Below are positions 1-6,300 of a DNA stretch of 6,695 bases, one piece after another. A program made the translations under genes and the position numbers. Source of the DNA: a virus (taxonomy: Duplodnaviria; Heunggongvirae; Uroviricota; Caudoviricetes); IMG/VR virus record IMGVR_UViG_2740892230_000018. One strand, written 5' to 3'. Numbering within the stretch: position 1 is the stretch's first letter; every line of letters begins with the position of its first letter. Under the pieces are notes generated by a model. It was not told where the DNA came from and did not search any database. It saw only the letters and a list, made by a program, of their open reading frames with translations.

Positions 1-190
1 CTGCTTCTCCTTGACCTTTCGGTCCGTAAGAGGCAATCTATATGTGACGAGCATATAGGGGCCTCACTTCGATTTATAGTCGGGTGGGGCTTTTATCTAT
101 CTGCCGTTGGTGTTCATGCCCGAGGCAGAATAGCCTCAAGCACCCGCTGCAATCCTACTTAACTCTGCCGTTACAGCAAACCGTTTTCGC

Positions 191-214
191 CCGATATGGG
201 AATTCCCATATCGG
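191..214. repeat. Perfect 24-bp palindrome ccgatatgggaattcccatatcgg, function unknown (possible protein-binding site or stem-loop)
   Basis: Read directly: positions 191-214 are self-complementary with an EcoRI-like gaattc core. No U-tract follows on either strand, so it is not a canonical intrinsic terminator. Confidence 0.5.
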
Positions 215-299
215 AATGAATTCAGTTCACCTGGCGAGGCTTAGCGTACAATTTTTTCCGTTTTGTGAGCTGCCCCTACATGCCGCTGGCGCGGCATCC

Positions 300-327
300 G
301 GAAAAAGAATCCACGTCCTGAAGGACG
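300..327 (-). terminator. Weak candidate intrinsic terminator downstream of the binding-protein gene
   Basis: A 5-bp GC stem (314-318 / 323-327, loop tgaa) lies 7 nt past the stop at 334-336; on the - strand it is followed after 3 nt by auucuuuuucc. The stem is short and the U-tract is not directly adjacent. Confidence 0.2.
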
Positions 328-333
328 AGGATG

Positions 334-1092
334 TCAAGTGCCTTTCCTGGTCCAGCCATATTTTTTGAATGCAGGCGCCGCTTCATCGGTTTGTAGCCAT
401 TCTGCAAATCGACGGGTTTCATCATTTGCATCCTGACGTACTGTAATGTTCATATCACGCCATATCACGTAGTCTGGCGCTATTTCCACGACATCACCAA
501 TTTCTGGATTACTGGCTGCCCAGTCAGCCCAGGTTATCCAGACATCTGCTCCAGGCTGATTCTCAAGAGCCTTACGTGCAGTTCCGCTATTGGGCGCATA
601 TAAAATAATATTTTTTCGGATTGCGGCGACAGTTTCTATATTCCCTTTACGTCCGGCAATATCTTCCCAGACGCCAGTGCCTGATGTATTACTGGTACCA
701 CCACCATCATTAACAATTACGCCAATCCCAGGTCTGGTCAGGTCGTCAATACTCCGGATATTTTTAGGATTACCTTTCTTTACCAGTAAAATACTTTTTC
801 GCAGATAAAGAGGCTGAATATCTTTTTCACTGAAGCTGTCTTTATGGTCCCGAATGATAGCCAGAGCAGATTGTTCTGATGCGCCAAACAAGATATCTGC
901 ATTTTTTTTGGCATCTTCATTCCATTTGTTCTGTGGGCCGTAATGAACGTTCACTATAATACCTGTTTTTTCGGCATAAAGTTTGGCTGCATCAAGCAAG
1001 GCTGTATGCGGGCCACCAGGACCATACAGATTGATATCAGCATAAGCAGCAGAAGACAGGAATATTAAAAAACCTGCCATTATGTTCCTCAT
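334..1092 (-). CDS. Secreted periplasmic substrate-binding protein, type 2 PBP fold, ModA (molybdate/anion)-like; orphan (no permease or ATPase nearby)
   Basis: 252-codon ORF, ATG at 1090-1092 with GGAG 6 nt upstream. N-terminus MRNIMAGFLIFLSSAAYA-DINLY looks like a Sec signal peptide with an AYA cleavage site. Architecture and the C-terminal motif ...FAEWLQTDEAAPAFKKYGW resemble ModA-type binding proteins from memory; not verified by search. Confidence 0.7.
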   Translation of the reverse strand: MRNIMAGFLIFLSSAAYADINLYGPGGPHTALLDAAKLYAEKTGIIVNVHYGPQNKWNEDAKKNADILFGASEQSALAIIRDHKDSFSEKDIQPLYLRKSILLVKKGNPKNIRSIDDLTRPGIGVIVNDGGGTSNTSGTGVWEDIAGRKGNIETVAAIRKNIILYAPNSGTARKALENQPGADVWITWADWAASNPEIGDVVEIAPDYVIWRDMNITVRQDANDETRRFAEWLQTDEAAPAFKKYGWTRKGT

Positions 1093-1256
1093 AAAAAACT
1101 CCTTTTATTGGTTATCATGAAATAAAGTTATAAACACTACAAATAATATATATTACATCCAGATAAACTTATCCGACTTTACCTCGTGCATAGCTTGTTA
1201 TTTAAAGTCAACAAAATAAGGAAAATTATACGCATATTGAAGAGTATAAACCTTAC

Positions 1257-1284
1257 ATGTTGATTACATTTTTGTAATCAACAT
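1257..1284. repeat. 12-bp inverted repeat with 4-nt spacer (atgttgattaca tttt tgtaatcaacat) in the AT-rich region upstream of the binding-protein gene; candidate operator
   Basis: Read directly. It lies about 165-190 nt upstream of the start codon at 1092, inside the AT-rich segment 1093-1340. No flanking U-tract, so a protein-binding site is more likely than a terminator. Confidence 0.4.
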
Positions 1285-1343
1285 CCTGTTTGGAATAGCC
1301 AGCCTTTAATGGATAACTATTTCTGACAATGCAATGAGTATAA

Positions 1344-1928
1344 TCAAGTCCATCTTCCACTGAGAATTAGAGGCGGCATGCTTTTTCCGGCTCTTGCCGG
1401 ATATCCGTAATTGTCCATAATCTGCAGATTTATACCTTCTGCATGACCTGTCAGCGAAAATTTGTCCGGTGTTTCTACGGGAATGACATCAAAAGTTACA
1501 CGCACTCGCGTTACCGTGTAGACCTACTTTCCTGCACTTGCAAGATCACAGTGGTGTAACCGTAACAGGAATTTATTCTCTGGACCGGCAGTAAATCCCT
1601 GAGTGGCGTGGTTCCCATATCAATTTCCCGCCAGGCAGCCTCCATTGCCAGCGTACAGGCTGGAGCCATGACCTGCCCTTTAAATCTGGCCCGACCATCC
1701 CACCGGACGTGTTCTTCTCCCCTGAACTTAGGTACAGTCATCTCCAGTGGCACAAAAGTGTCAGCGCCATAATTTTTGACCGTTATCGCGCTACGGATAT
1801 TTTGTTGACTGGTGAAAATCACCCCGCAGAATCAGGCTTATTCCCTTAACCCGGGCTTTCATCCTGACCGCCGCCTCACTACGACCAATCAGACTGCCGA
1901 TGCATTTTACCTTCATTGTTAGTATCAT
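1344..1928 (-). pseudogene. Unknown phage ORF split over three consecutive reading frames (frameshifted gene, sequencing error, or three small overlapping genes)
   Basis: Three - strand ORF pieces tile the gap between the DUF1627 gene and the AT-rich spacer: 1928->1791 (MILTMKVKCIGSLIGRSEAAVRMKARVKGISLILRGDFHQSTKYP), 1822->1511 (GTG start, 103 aa from the ORF track) and 1523->1344 (VYTVTRVRVTFDVIPVETPDKFSLTGHAEGINLQIMDNYGYPARAGKSMPPLILSGRWT, my translation). Frame switches fall within about 30 nt and 13 nt overlaps, the first at homopolymers (aaaa 1815-1818, cccc 1822-1825). No homolog recognised. Confidence 0.3.
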
Positions 1929-1951
1929 GATTTCAGGCCTGCACCATCCGC

Positions 1952-2686
1952 TCATTGCCCGGACTTCCGACAAATCCCGGCAACCATATCCCGGTGCTTG
2001 TTCAGCTCCCGCAGCGCGGCGCAGACTCGCTCCCACTTCTGGACATGATTCTTCGCCCTACGCAGTTCGCGATTTGCCATATGCAGCGATGGCAAAATCA
2101 AATCATCTTCTCGCGTTGCAGTAAACGATGGCAGCGACTGCACAATGTCCGCCACAGTTTCTGTTTTAATATCTTCCTGTGTTGCATCTTTCTGTACCGG
2201 TAACGCAACACCGGCTGGCTGAGGAAAGGCTTTACCATCGGTTTCCGCTACCGATTCAACTTTCGGCTCTGCTGGTAAATTATCACCTGGTATGCAGTAA
2301 CGAATTTTACCGTTCTGGTTTACGCGAATCAGACGACCTTTGCTGATTGCCATTGCCAGCGTTGAAGCAACTTTGCGGGATGTTGTACCGAACAGCGTAG
2401 CCAGTTCATCCGCCGTTTGTGGTCCGCGTTGTTCAATCGTCGCGGTTAAATCGCACTCTGAGATTTTCGCTTCTGTTGCCGTGGTGGTTTCTTCTGGCGC
2501 TGGCTGTTCCTGCTGAACGTTGTTATCAGCCACACGCCAGGTGTATACGCTTTTATCAACGAAGCCAGCCTTTTTCAGTTCCCACAGCTCGTTCAGTACT
2601 TCTTCACGACTGATATCAAGGCGCGCAGCCAGCTCTACCGACGTGGCTTTTCCCATCGCTTTCAGTGCGTCAAAAACAGTCTCCAT
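1952..2686 (-). CDS. Lambdoid prophage hypothetical protein, DUF1627-like, with N-terminal winged-helix-like region
   Basis: 244-codon ORF, ATG at 2684-2686 with GGAGG 6 nt upstream, 33 nt after the P-like stop. The N-terminus [43 protein letters not shown] looks like a wHTH. Family name is from memory of E. coli prophage annotations. Confidence 0.7.
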   Translation of the reverse strand: METVFDALKAMGKATSVELAARLDISREEVLNELWELKKAGFVDKSVYTWRVADNNVQQEQPAPEETTTATEAKISECDLTATIEQRGPQTADELATLFGTTSRKVASTLAMAISKGRLIRVNQNGKIRYCIPGDNLPAEPKVESVAETDGKAFPQPAGVALPVQKDATQEDIKTETVADIVQSLPSFTATREDDLILPSLHMANRELRRAKNHVQKWERVCAALRELNKHRDMVAGICRKSGQ

Positions 2687-2719
2687 AAATTTCCTCCCGG
2701 TAAAAAATCACTTCTCAAC

Positions 2720-3385
2720 TCAAACAAAACCAGCCGCTTTCCGGCGTTCATATTCCTGTTTCAGCAACTCAATTGGCGTTGGCCCCGACGGGCGTTTGGG
2801 GGCCGCCAGTTGTCGCCGGACTGGCGGAACGCTCAGGCCGTTACTAACATGCTTTGCCCATTTCGTCAGTTGCCGTTCTGCAAGCCGTTTTAATTCCCCT
2901 TCGGTCATCTGGCGCTCAATCCCCTTTGAACGCATCTCGAGGCAAATGTGATACAGCACAGGCTGAGACCACGGGTACTTATCACTTCCGTCGTATCGCC
3001 AGGACTCATTGCGCCAGCGGCAGTACTCCTCCATCACAGCATCCACCGTCAGACCGAATGGATTGGCTCCGCTTTTCGAAATCAGTGCCACAAACTCAGC
3101 CAGGTCCGGAGGCCATGTTTCACCCGCCCGGCAGCAGTCCATGCACTGGCGGCAGACCTGCCGGATTTGCTGCTCAGTCATCGCGCCAATCTGTGCAATC
3201 CAGAGCTTCGAAGGTGCGGCCCCGTTCTTCTGTGTCCAGCGGTTCGAATACACCTCCCCCATAAGCTCCCACAGCTTCCAGACCGTTTCCGTCGCTGATA
3301 AATCCGTTTTCACGTTCCCACTGCTCACGTGCTGCCCGAATTTCCTGAACTGCCCGTGATGCGGTGCCACCTGGTGCTGCTGCAT
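2720..3385 (-). CDS. Replication protein P-like (lambda P family, DnaB helicase loader)
   Basis: 221-codon ORF, ATG at 3383-3385 with GGGGG 6 nt upstream. Recalled lambda P aligns along its length (for example VDAVMEEYCRWR...YPWSQPVLYHICLEM... against lambda VDMVYEYCRKRGLYPDAESYPWKSNAHYWLV...). No Walker A motif, consistent with P rather than DnaC. Alternative starts at 3262 or 3181 would shorten the overlap with the O-like gene. Confidence 0.75.
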   Translation of the reverse strand: MQQHQVAPHHGQFRKFGQHVSSGNVKTDLSATETVWKLWELMGEVYSNRWTQKNGAAPSKLWIAQIGAMTEQQIRQVCRQCMDCCRAGETWPPDLAEFVALISKSGANPFGLTVDAVMEEYCRWRNESWRYDGSDKYPWSQPVLYHICLEMRSKGIERQMTEGELKRLAERQLTKWAKHVSNGLSVPPVRRQLAAPKRPSGPTPIELLKQEYERRKAAGFV

Positions 3386-4312
3386 GGTTTACCCCCTTGC
3401 TGACTGGTTTAACCTGCGCCCTGACGTGATTTACGTGACGGGCGAATTTCTGCTCCCACTGAATCTGCGTAAACACTTTCCCCTCCGCTGCCCAGTAGTC
3501 CCGGAAGGCGGCAAGTTCAGCAGGTGTAAATTCTGTCTCCGGCAAAGCCATCCCCCACAACGCAGCCCGTCGTCGAAAATCCCGTGACGGATACCAGCTA
3601 TCGCTCATCGGGAATTTTCCGATGGGTTCGCTCAGGCCATACAGGAATACAGGGGGGGCTGCCTGTAACGACAAAACTTCCTGCTCACTGGNNNNNNNNN
3701 NGTCATCGGAAATTTTCCGATGGGTTCGCTCAGGCCATCCAGGAATACAAGGGGTGCTGCCTGTAACGACAAAACTTCCTGCTCACTGGTCGGAGCACTC
3801 TCGCGTGCGTTATGTGTGGGGTTTAGATCTTTGGGTTCCTTTGGGTTCCGTGATCCGTTTTTGGGTGTCTTTGATGGAAAATTTGGGTGTCTTTGGTTAT
3901 TTTCCATGCAGCTAAGAGTTCCGTTTTTGGGTCTGTTTTGTGCTGAAACATAACCATTTTCGGTACTGTTTTTATTAACAGCACCAATTTTACCCACCTT
4001 TAAAGACTCCCGTTTTTGGGTGTATTCAGGCTCGGCAACACTTTCTTCTACACCGATAAGTCGGTACACCACAATTTGCTTTGTTCTGCCTTTTCTCTCA
4101 CCGGTATCAACAATTAACCCAATCTCCATCAGGTGTCGTAAGCTGTCCTGCACAGTCTTTTTGTTTAGTTCCGTTACTTCTGCCAGTGCAGATACAGACG
4201 GGTATGCACACAAATCGGCACCGCACATATCAGCAAGCCAGGTCAATACAGACTTACTGGATGAACTGCCGGTTTTCACCTTTTTAGCCCATCGTAGTGC
4301 ATCGATACTCAT
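3174..4312 (-). CDS. Replication initiator, O-like: N-terminal helix-turn-helix domain, iteron-encoded linker, DnaT-like C-terminal region; gene model crosses an assembly join
   Basis: N-terminal part from ATG 4310-4312 (MSIDALRWAKKVKTG...), GGGG about 5 nt upstream. C-terminal part is the 3174..3674 ORF (..SDSWYPSRDFRRRAALWGMALPETEFTPAELAAFRDYWAAEGKVF..). The two parts share the peptide LQAAP(L/P)VFL(D/Y)GLSEPIGKFPM on either side of the N run 3692-3701, so one copy is redundant and the true length is uncertain. Gene order matches lambda O then P. Confidence 0.6.
3605..3789. other. Probable assembly join: N run 3692-3701 flanked by two ~87-bp near-identical copies (3605-3691 and 3703-3789)
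   Basis: Copies differ at about 5 positions (for example catacagg versus catccagg). Exactly 10 N. Both copies encode the same O-like peptide. Confidence 0.6.
3829..4027. repeat. Putative phage origin of replication: iteron array (core TTTGGGT, consensus about CCGTTTTTGGGTGTCTTTG) plus an adjacent AT-rich segment, inside the O-like gene
   Basis: Read directly: tandem ctttgggttc x2 (3829-3848), ccgtttttgggtgtctttg (3855-3873), tttgggtgtctttgg (3883-3897), ccgtttttgggtctgttttg (3921-3940), cccgtttttgggtgtattc (4009-4027), with a more AT-rich stretch at 3941-4008. On the coding strand the repeats encode the PKNG-rich linker (RPKNGT, TPKNGSRNPKEPK). Lambda likewise has ori iterons within O. Confidence 0.55.
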
Positions 4313-4956
4313 ACAAACCCCTGGCAGACATTTGTTTATCTGCAAAGTAATATTGATATTGCTGACGATACGCATGCTTGAAAGCAATAGCTTTTTCTAT
4401 AAGCTCGTCAGTCTCACGTTCCACAACAGCTGGATCCGCAAAAAGCAGCCCGGACTCCACCACATCGCCATATTCTTTGTTTAATCCGGCGATCATGTAC
4501 GTAATGCTTTTTCCATCACTGATCTCACGATACAACCTGAAATCACTAATTCGGATAGCCTCCATAATTGCCGGAATCAGCGCCGTGAATTTTTTCCGCT
4601 TATCCCTGGTGTCGATAGCTTTCCAGCGTTCGAATATCTTCACCCGGTTAACGCCCAGCGCCCGTTGATCAACCTCGCCATCATTAAACGTGACGCGTTG
4701 AACATCGATGTTCGGGCGTTCTTTCAGAGCCCAGAATGCTTCCGTGATTAATATCGTCGCNNNNNNNNNNCCCGGCGATCATGTACGTAATGCTTTTTCC
4801 GTCAGTAATTTCACAATACAATCTGAAATCGCTGATCCGGATAGCCTCCATAATTGCCGGAATCAGCGCCGNNNNNNNNNNCTGCTCCTGTGTCATTCCT
4901 GGTCGGCATACCCAGGTATCCAGAGCCTCACAAACCTGTTCAGTGGTGATTTTCAT
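4284..4956 (-). CDS. Hypothetical early-region protein in the cII/ydaT position; gene model interrupted by an assembly-join block
   Basis: The N-terminal 25 codons (ATG 4954-4956, MKITTEQVCEALDTWVCRPGMTQEQ) overlap the dicC-like stop by 17 nt, suggesting translational coupling. The C-terminal 158 codons (4284-4760) are open up to the N run with no internal ATG. Both flanks are on codon boundaries at the gap edges. Function not recognised. Confidence 0.45.
4761..4881. other. Probable assembly artefact: 100-bp variant copy (4772-4871) of 4485-4584, bounded by two 10-N runs
   Basis: About 91% identical to 4485-4584. It encodes ALIPAIMEAIRISDFRLYCEITDGKSITYMIAG against ...RLYREISDGKSITYMIAG in the main copy. 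It sits about 190 bp from its cognate, so it looks like a displaced allelic mini-contig. Confidence 0.55.
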
Positions 4957-5167
4957 TGTTCAACCGCCCCGCCCGCTTTGCCTTACGATATTCGTCATAA
5001 ACTTTGGGGTCGTACTGAAGTTCCCCGCCGGATGCCTCTTGCAGGCGCATCGCGCGACCTTCAGGAACCAGTTCTCCCCATGCAGCAACGCTTGCCAGCC
5101 TAACTCCTGCGGCATTGGCAAGCTTTGTTTTGCTGCCAAAAAACGCTATAGCATCAATTTTCAACAT
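4940..5167 (-). CDS. dicC: Cro-like small regulator, DicC-like
   Basis: 75-codon ORF divergent from the dicA-like gene, ATG at 5165-5167 with AAGGAG 6 nt upstream. Size and position match DicC of the Qin prophage; the sequence MLKIDAIAFFGSKTKLANAAGVRLASVAAW looks like a small HTH. Confidence 0.7.
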   Translation of the reverse strand: MLKIDAIAFFGSKTKLANAAGVRLASVAAWGELVPEGRAMRLQEASGGELQYDPKVYDEYRKAKRAGRLNNENHH

Positions 5168-5243
5168 ATCGAACTCCTTAGATTTTCCTAAGGAAACTAG
5201 ATCGTAGAGAAACCTAAGTCAAGAAAAATTAGAATTACCTAAT
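5168..5243. promoter_or_regulatory. Divergent dicC/dicA promoter-operator region with repeated CCTAAG/CTTAGG half-sites
   Basis: The 76-bp intergenic region holds an inverted repeat tccttag-attttc-ctaagga (5175-5194) and further cctaag/cctaa copies at 5213-5218 and 5238-5242. Operator role is inferred from position between the two regulator genes. Confidence 0.5.
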
Positions 5244-5651
5244 ATGAAAAACGAAACCTTCGGTGCTCGCCTCTTATACAGGCGTAAAAAATTAAAACTG
5301 TCTCAGGCCGCATTAGGTAAGCTGGTCAAAGTGGCTCACGTAACAATTTCTCAATGGGAAAGAGATGAAACACAGCCAGCGGGGAAGAGATTATTCGCAC
5401 TGAGCCAGGCGCTTCAGTGCTCGCCGACTTGGCTTCTTTTTGGAGATGAAGATAAGCAACCAGGCGAACCGATCCCAGATAATCAGCCAGTTAATCTGAC
5501 AGAAGATCAAAAAGAGTTGCTTCAACTGTTCGACGCACTGCCTGAGTCAGAGCAAAAGGCTCTGTTGTCAGAGATGCGTGCTCGAGTTGAGAATTTCAAC
5601 AAACTTTTTGAAGAACTACTCAAAGCTCGCAAAAGAAGCGCAAATAAATAA
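5244..5651 (+). CDS. dicA: HTH-XRE repressor, DicA-like (lacks a LexA/S24 peptidase domain)
   Basis: 135-codon ORF. Strong recalled similarity to E. coli DicA: RLLYRRKKLKLSQAALGKL..ISQWERDETQP.GKRLFALSQALQCSPTWLLFGDEDKQP...LPESEQ...EMRARVENFNKLFEELLKARKR. Same length as DicA. Confidence 0.85.
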   Translation: MKNETFGARLLYRRKKLKLSQAALGKLVKVAHVTISQWERDETQPAGKRLFALSQALQCSPTWLLFGDEDKQPGEPIPDNQPVNLTEDQKELLQLFDALPESEQKALLSEMRARVENFNKLFEELLKARKRSANK

Positions 5652-5683
5652 CCCCCCTTTTTTTCGCAACTCTCTGTAATAAA

Positions 5684-5714
5684 AAGCACAAACTTTCAAA
5701 TACTTGTGTTTTTT
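5684..5714 (+). terminator. Candidate intrinsic terminator downstream of dicA
   Basis: Stem agcacaa / ttgtgtt (5684-5690 with 5704-5710, includes a G-U pair), 13-nt loop, then a T run through 5714. The loop is long, so confidence is low. A variant copy exists past the N run at 5803-5812. Confidence 0.3.
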
Positions 5715-5908
5715 ACATCAAGAAGCTTAGGTTTTTCTACACAAAAAGCTTGACCATAACTCTTAGGCTATTCTAAATTCTACTCATCAAGACACCGCAC
5801 GGNNNNNNNNNNTCCCTTTTTTTCGCCACTCTCTGTAATAAAAAGCATAAACTTTCAAATGCTTGTGTTTTTTACATCAAAAAACTTAGGTTTTTCTACA
5901 CAAAAAGC

Positions 5909-5939
5909 TTGACCACAATTCTTAGGTTATTCTAAATTC
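5909..5939 (+). promoter_or_regulatory. Candidate sigma70 promoter for the ydfABC (dicB-operon) transcript, with flanking CTTAGG operator-like half-sites
   Basis: -35 TTGACC (5909-5914), 18-bp spacer, -10 TAAATT (5933-5938). CTTAGG occurs at 5885-5890 and 5921-5926, the same motif as in the dicA/dicC intergenic region. A variant copy lies at 5750-5779. Confidence 0.35.
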
Positions 5940-6014
5940 TACTCATCAAGACACCGCACGGTGTTCTCAGCAAACAGTTCCGCTACCCTGGCGTTAAGGG
6001 GAAATGAGGTCAGC

Positions 6015-6170
6015 ATGGATACTATCGATCTTGGCAACAACGAATCTCTGGTATGCGGCGTGTTTCCCAACCAGGACGGTACGTTCACCGCGATGACGTA
6101 TACCAAAAGCAAAACGTTTAAAACCGAAAATGGTGCCCGTCGCTGGCTGGAAAGAAACTCAGGTGAGTGA
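6015..6170 (+). CDS. ydfA: Small prophage protein YdfA-like (51 aa)
   Basis: ATG at 6015-6017 with GAGG 5 nt upstream; translation MDTIDLGNNESLVCGVFPNQDGTFTAMTYTKSKTFKTENGARRWLERNSGE. Position after dicA matches Qin synteny. The ORF-track model from GTG 5961 is a longer alternative. Confidence 0.7.
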   Translation: MDTIDLGNNESLVCGVFPNQDGTFTAMTYTKSKTFKTENGARRWLERNSGE

Positions 6171-6171
6171 T

Positions 6172-6300
6172 ATGGATTTCGACACAATCATGGAAAAGGC
6201 TTACGAAGAATACTTCGAAGGCCTTGCCGAAGGCGAAGAAGCTCACAGCTTCAACGAATTTAAACAGGTGCTTTCCAGTTCGGCAAAATCTAATGGCTGA
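6172..6300 (+). CDS. ydfB: Small prophage protein YdfB-like (42 aa)
   Basis: ATG at 6172-6174, one nt after the ydfA stop; translation MDFDTIMEKAYEEYFEGLAEGEEAHSFNEFKQVLSSSAKSNG, stop 6298-6300. Not in the ORF track because of its size; the track ORF 6167..6514 is in another frame and runs through two N gaps. Confidence 0.65.
   Translation: MDFDTIMEKAYEEYFEGLAEGEEAHSFNEFKQVLSSSAKSNG

Larger units (their letters stand above)
5653..5960. other. Probable assembly join: N run 5803-5812 flanked by ~150-bp copies (5653-5802 and 5813-5960, about 95% identical)
   Basis: Both copies carry the dicA terminator-like hairpin and the TTGACC promoter; about 8 substitutions separate them. Confidence 0.6.

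Noticed and set aside
278-306. REP-like GC-rich hairpin (atgccgc tggc gcggcat followed by ccggaaaaag)
   Set aside because: Only partial resemblance to the REP consensus from memory and no U-tract for a terminator; too weak to call.
84-368. + strand 94-aa ORF (MGLLSICRWCSCPRQ...)
   Set aside because: No ribosome-binding site, odd Cys/Arg-rich composition, overlaps the 3' end of the binding-protein gene, and sits in a region with palindromes and hairpins; probably non-coding.
590-808. + strand 72-aa ORF
   Set aside because: Lies entirely antisense within the well-supported binding-protein CDS; shadow ORF.
1900-2203. + strand ORFs 1900..2124 and 1955..2203
   Set aside because: Antisense to the DUF1627-like gene and the upstream ORF piece; no translation signals.
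3241-3249. tRNA-like motif ggttcgaat
   Set aside because: Isolated match inside the P-like coding sequence with no acceptor or anticodon arms around it; no tRNA in the window.
2419-3359. + strand ORFs 2419..2613, 2520..2951, 2854..3264, 2948..3298 and 3009..3359
   Set aside because: All antisense to the P-like and DUF1627-like CDSs; low-complexity Ser/Arg/Pro-rich translations typical of shadow frames.
3384-3953. + strand ORFs 3384..3587, 3584..3766, 3622..3915 and 3720..3953
   Set aside because: Antisense to the O-like gene; two run through the N gap and the duplicated segment.
4684-4956. ORF-track model of a 90-aa protein ending ...DDINHGSILGSERTPEHRCSTRHV
   Set aside because: Its frame across the two N runs is arbitrary (N count is a placeholder). 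The C-terminal part is out of frame relative to the long open frame 4284-4760, which I take as the real continuation.
4020-5191. + strand ORFs 4020..4484, 4081..4287, 4378..4668, 4708..5103 and 4781..5191
   Set aside because: Antisense to the O-like, cII-position and dicC-like genes; several span N runs; no ribosome-binding sites.
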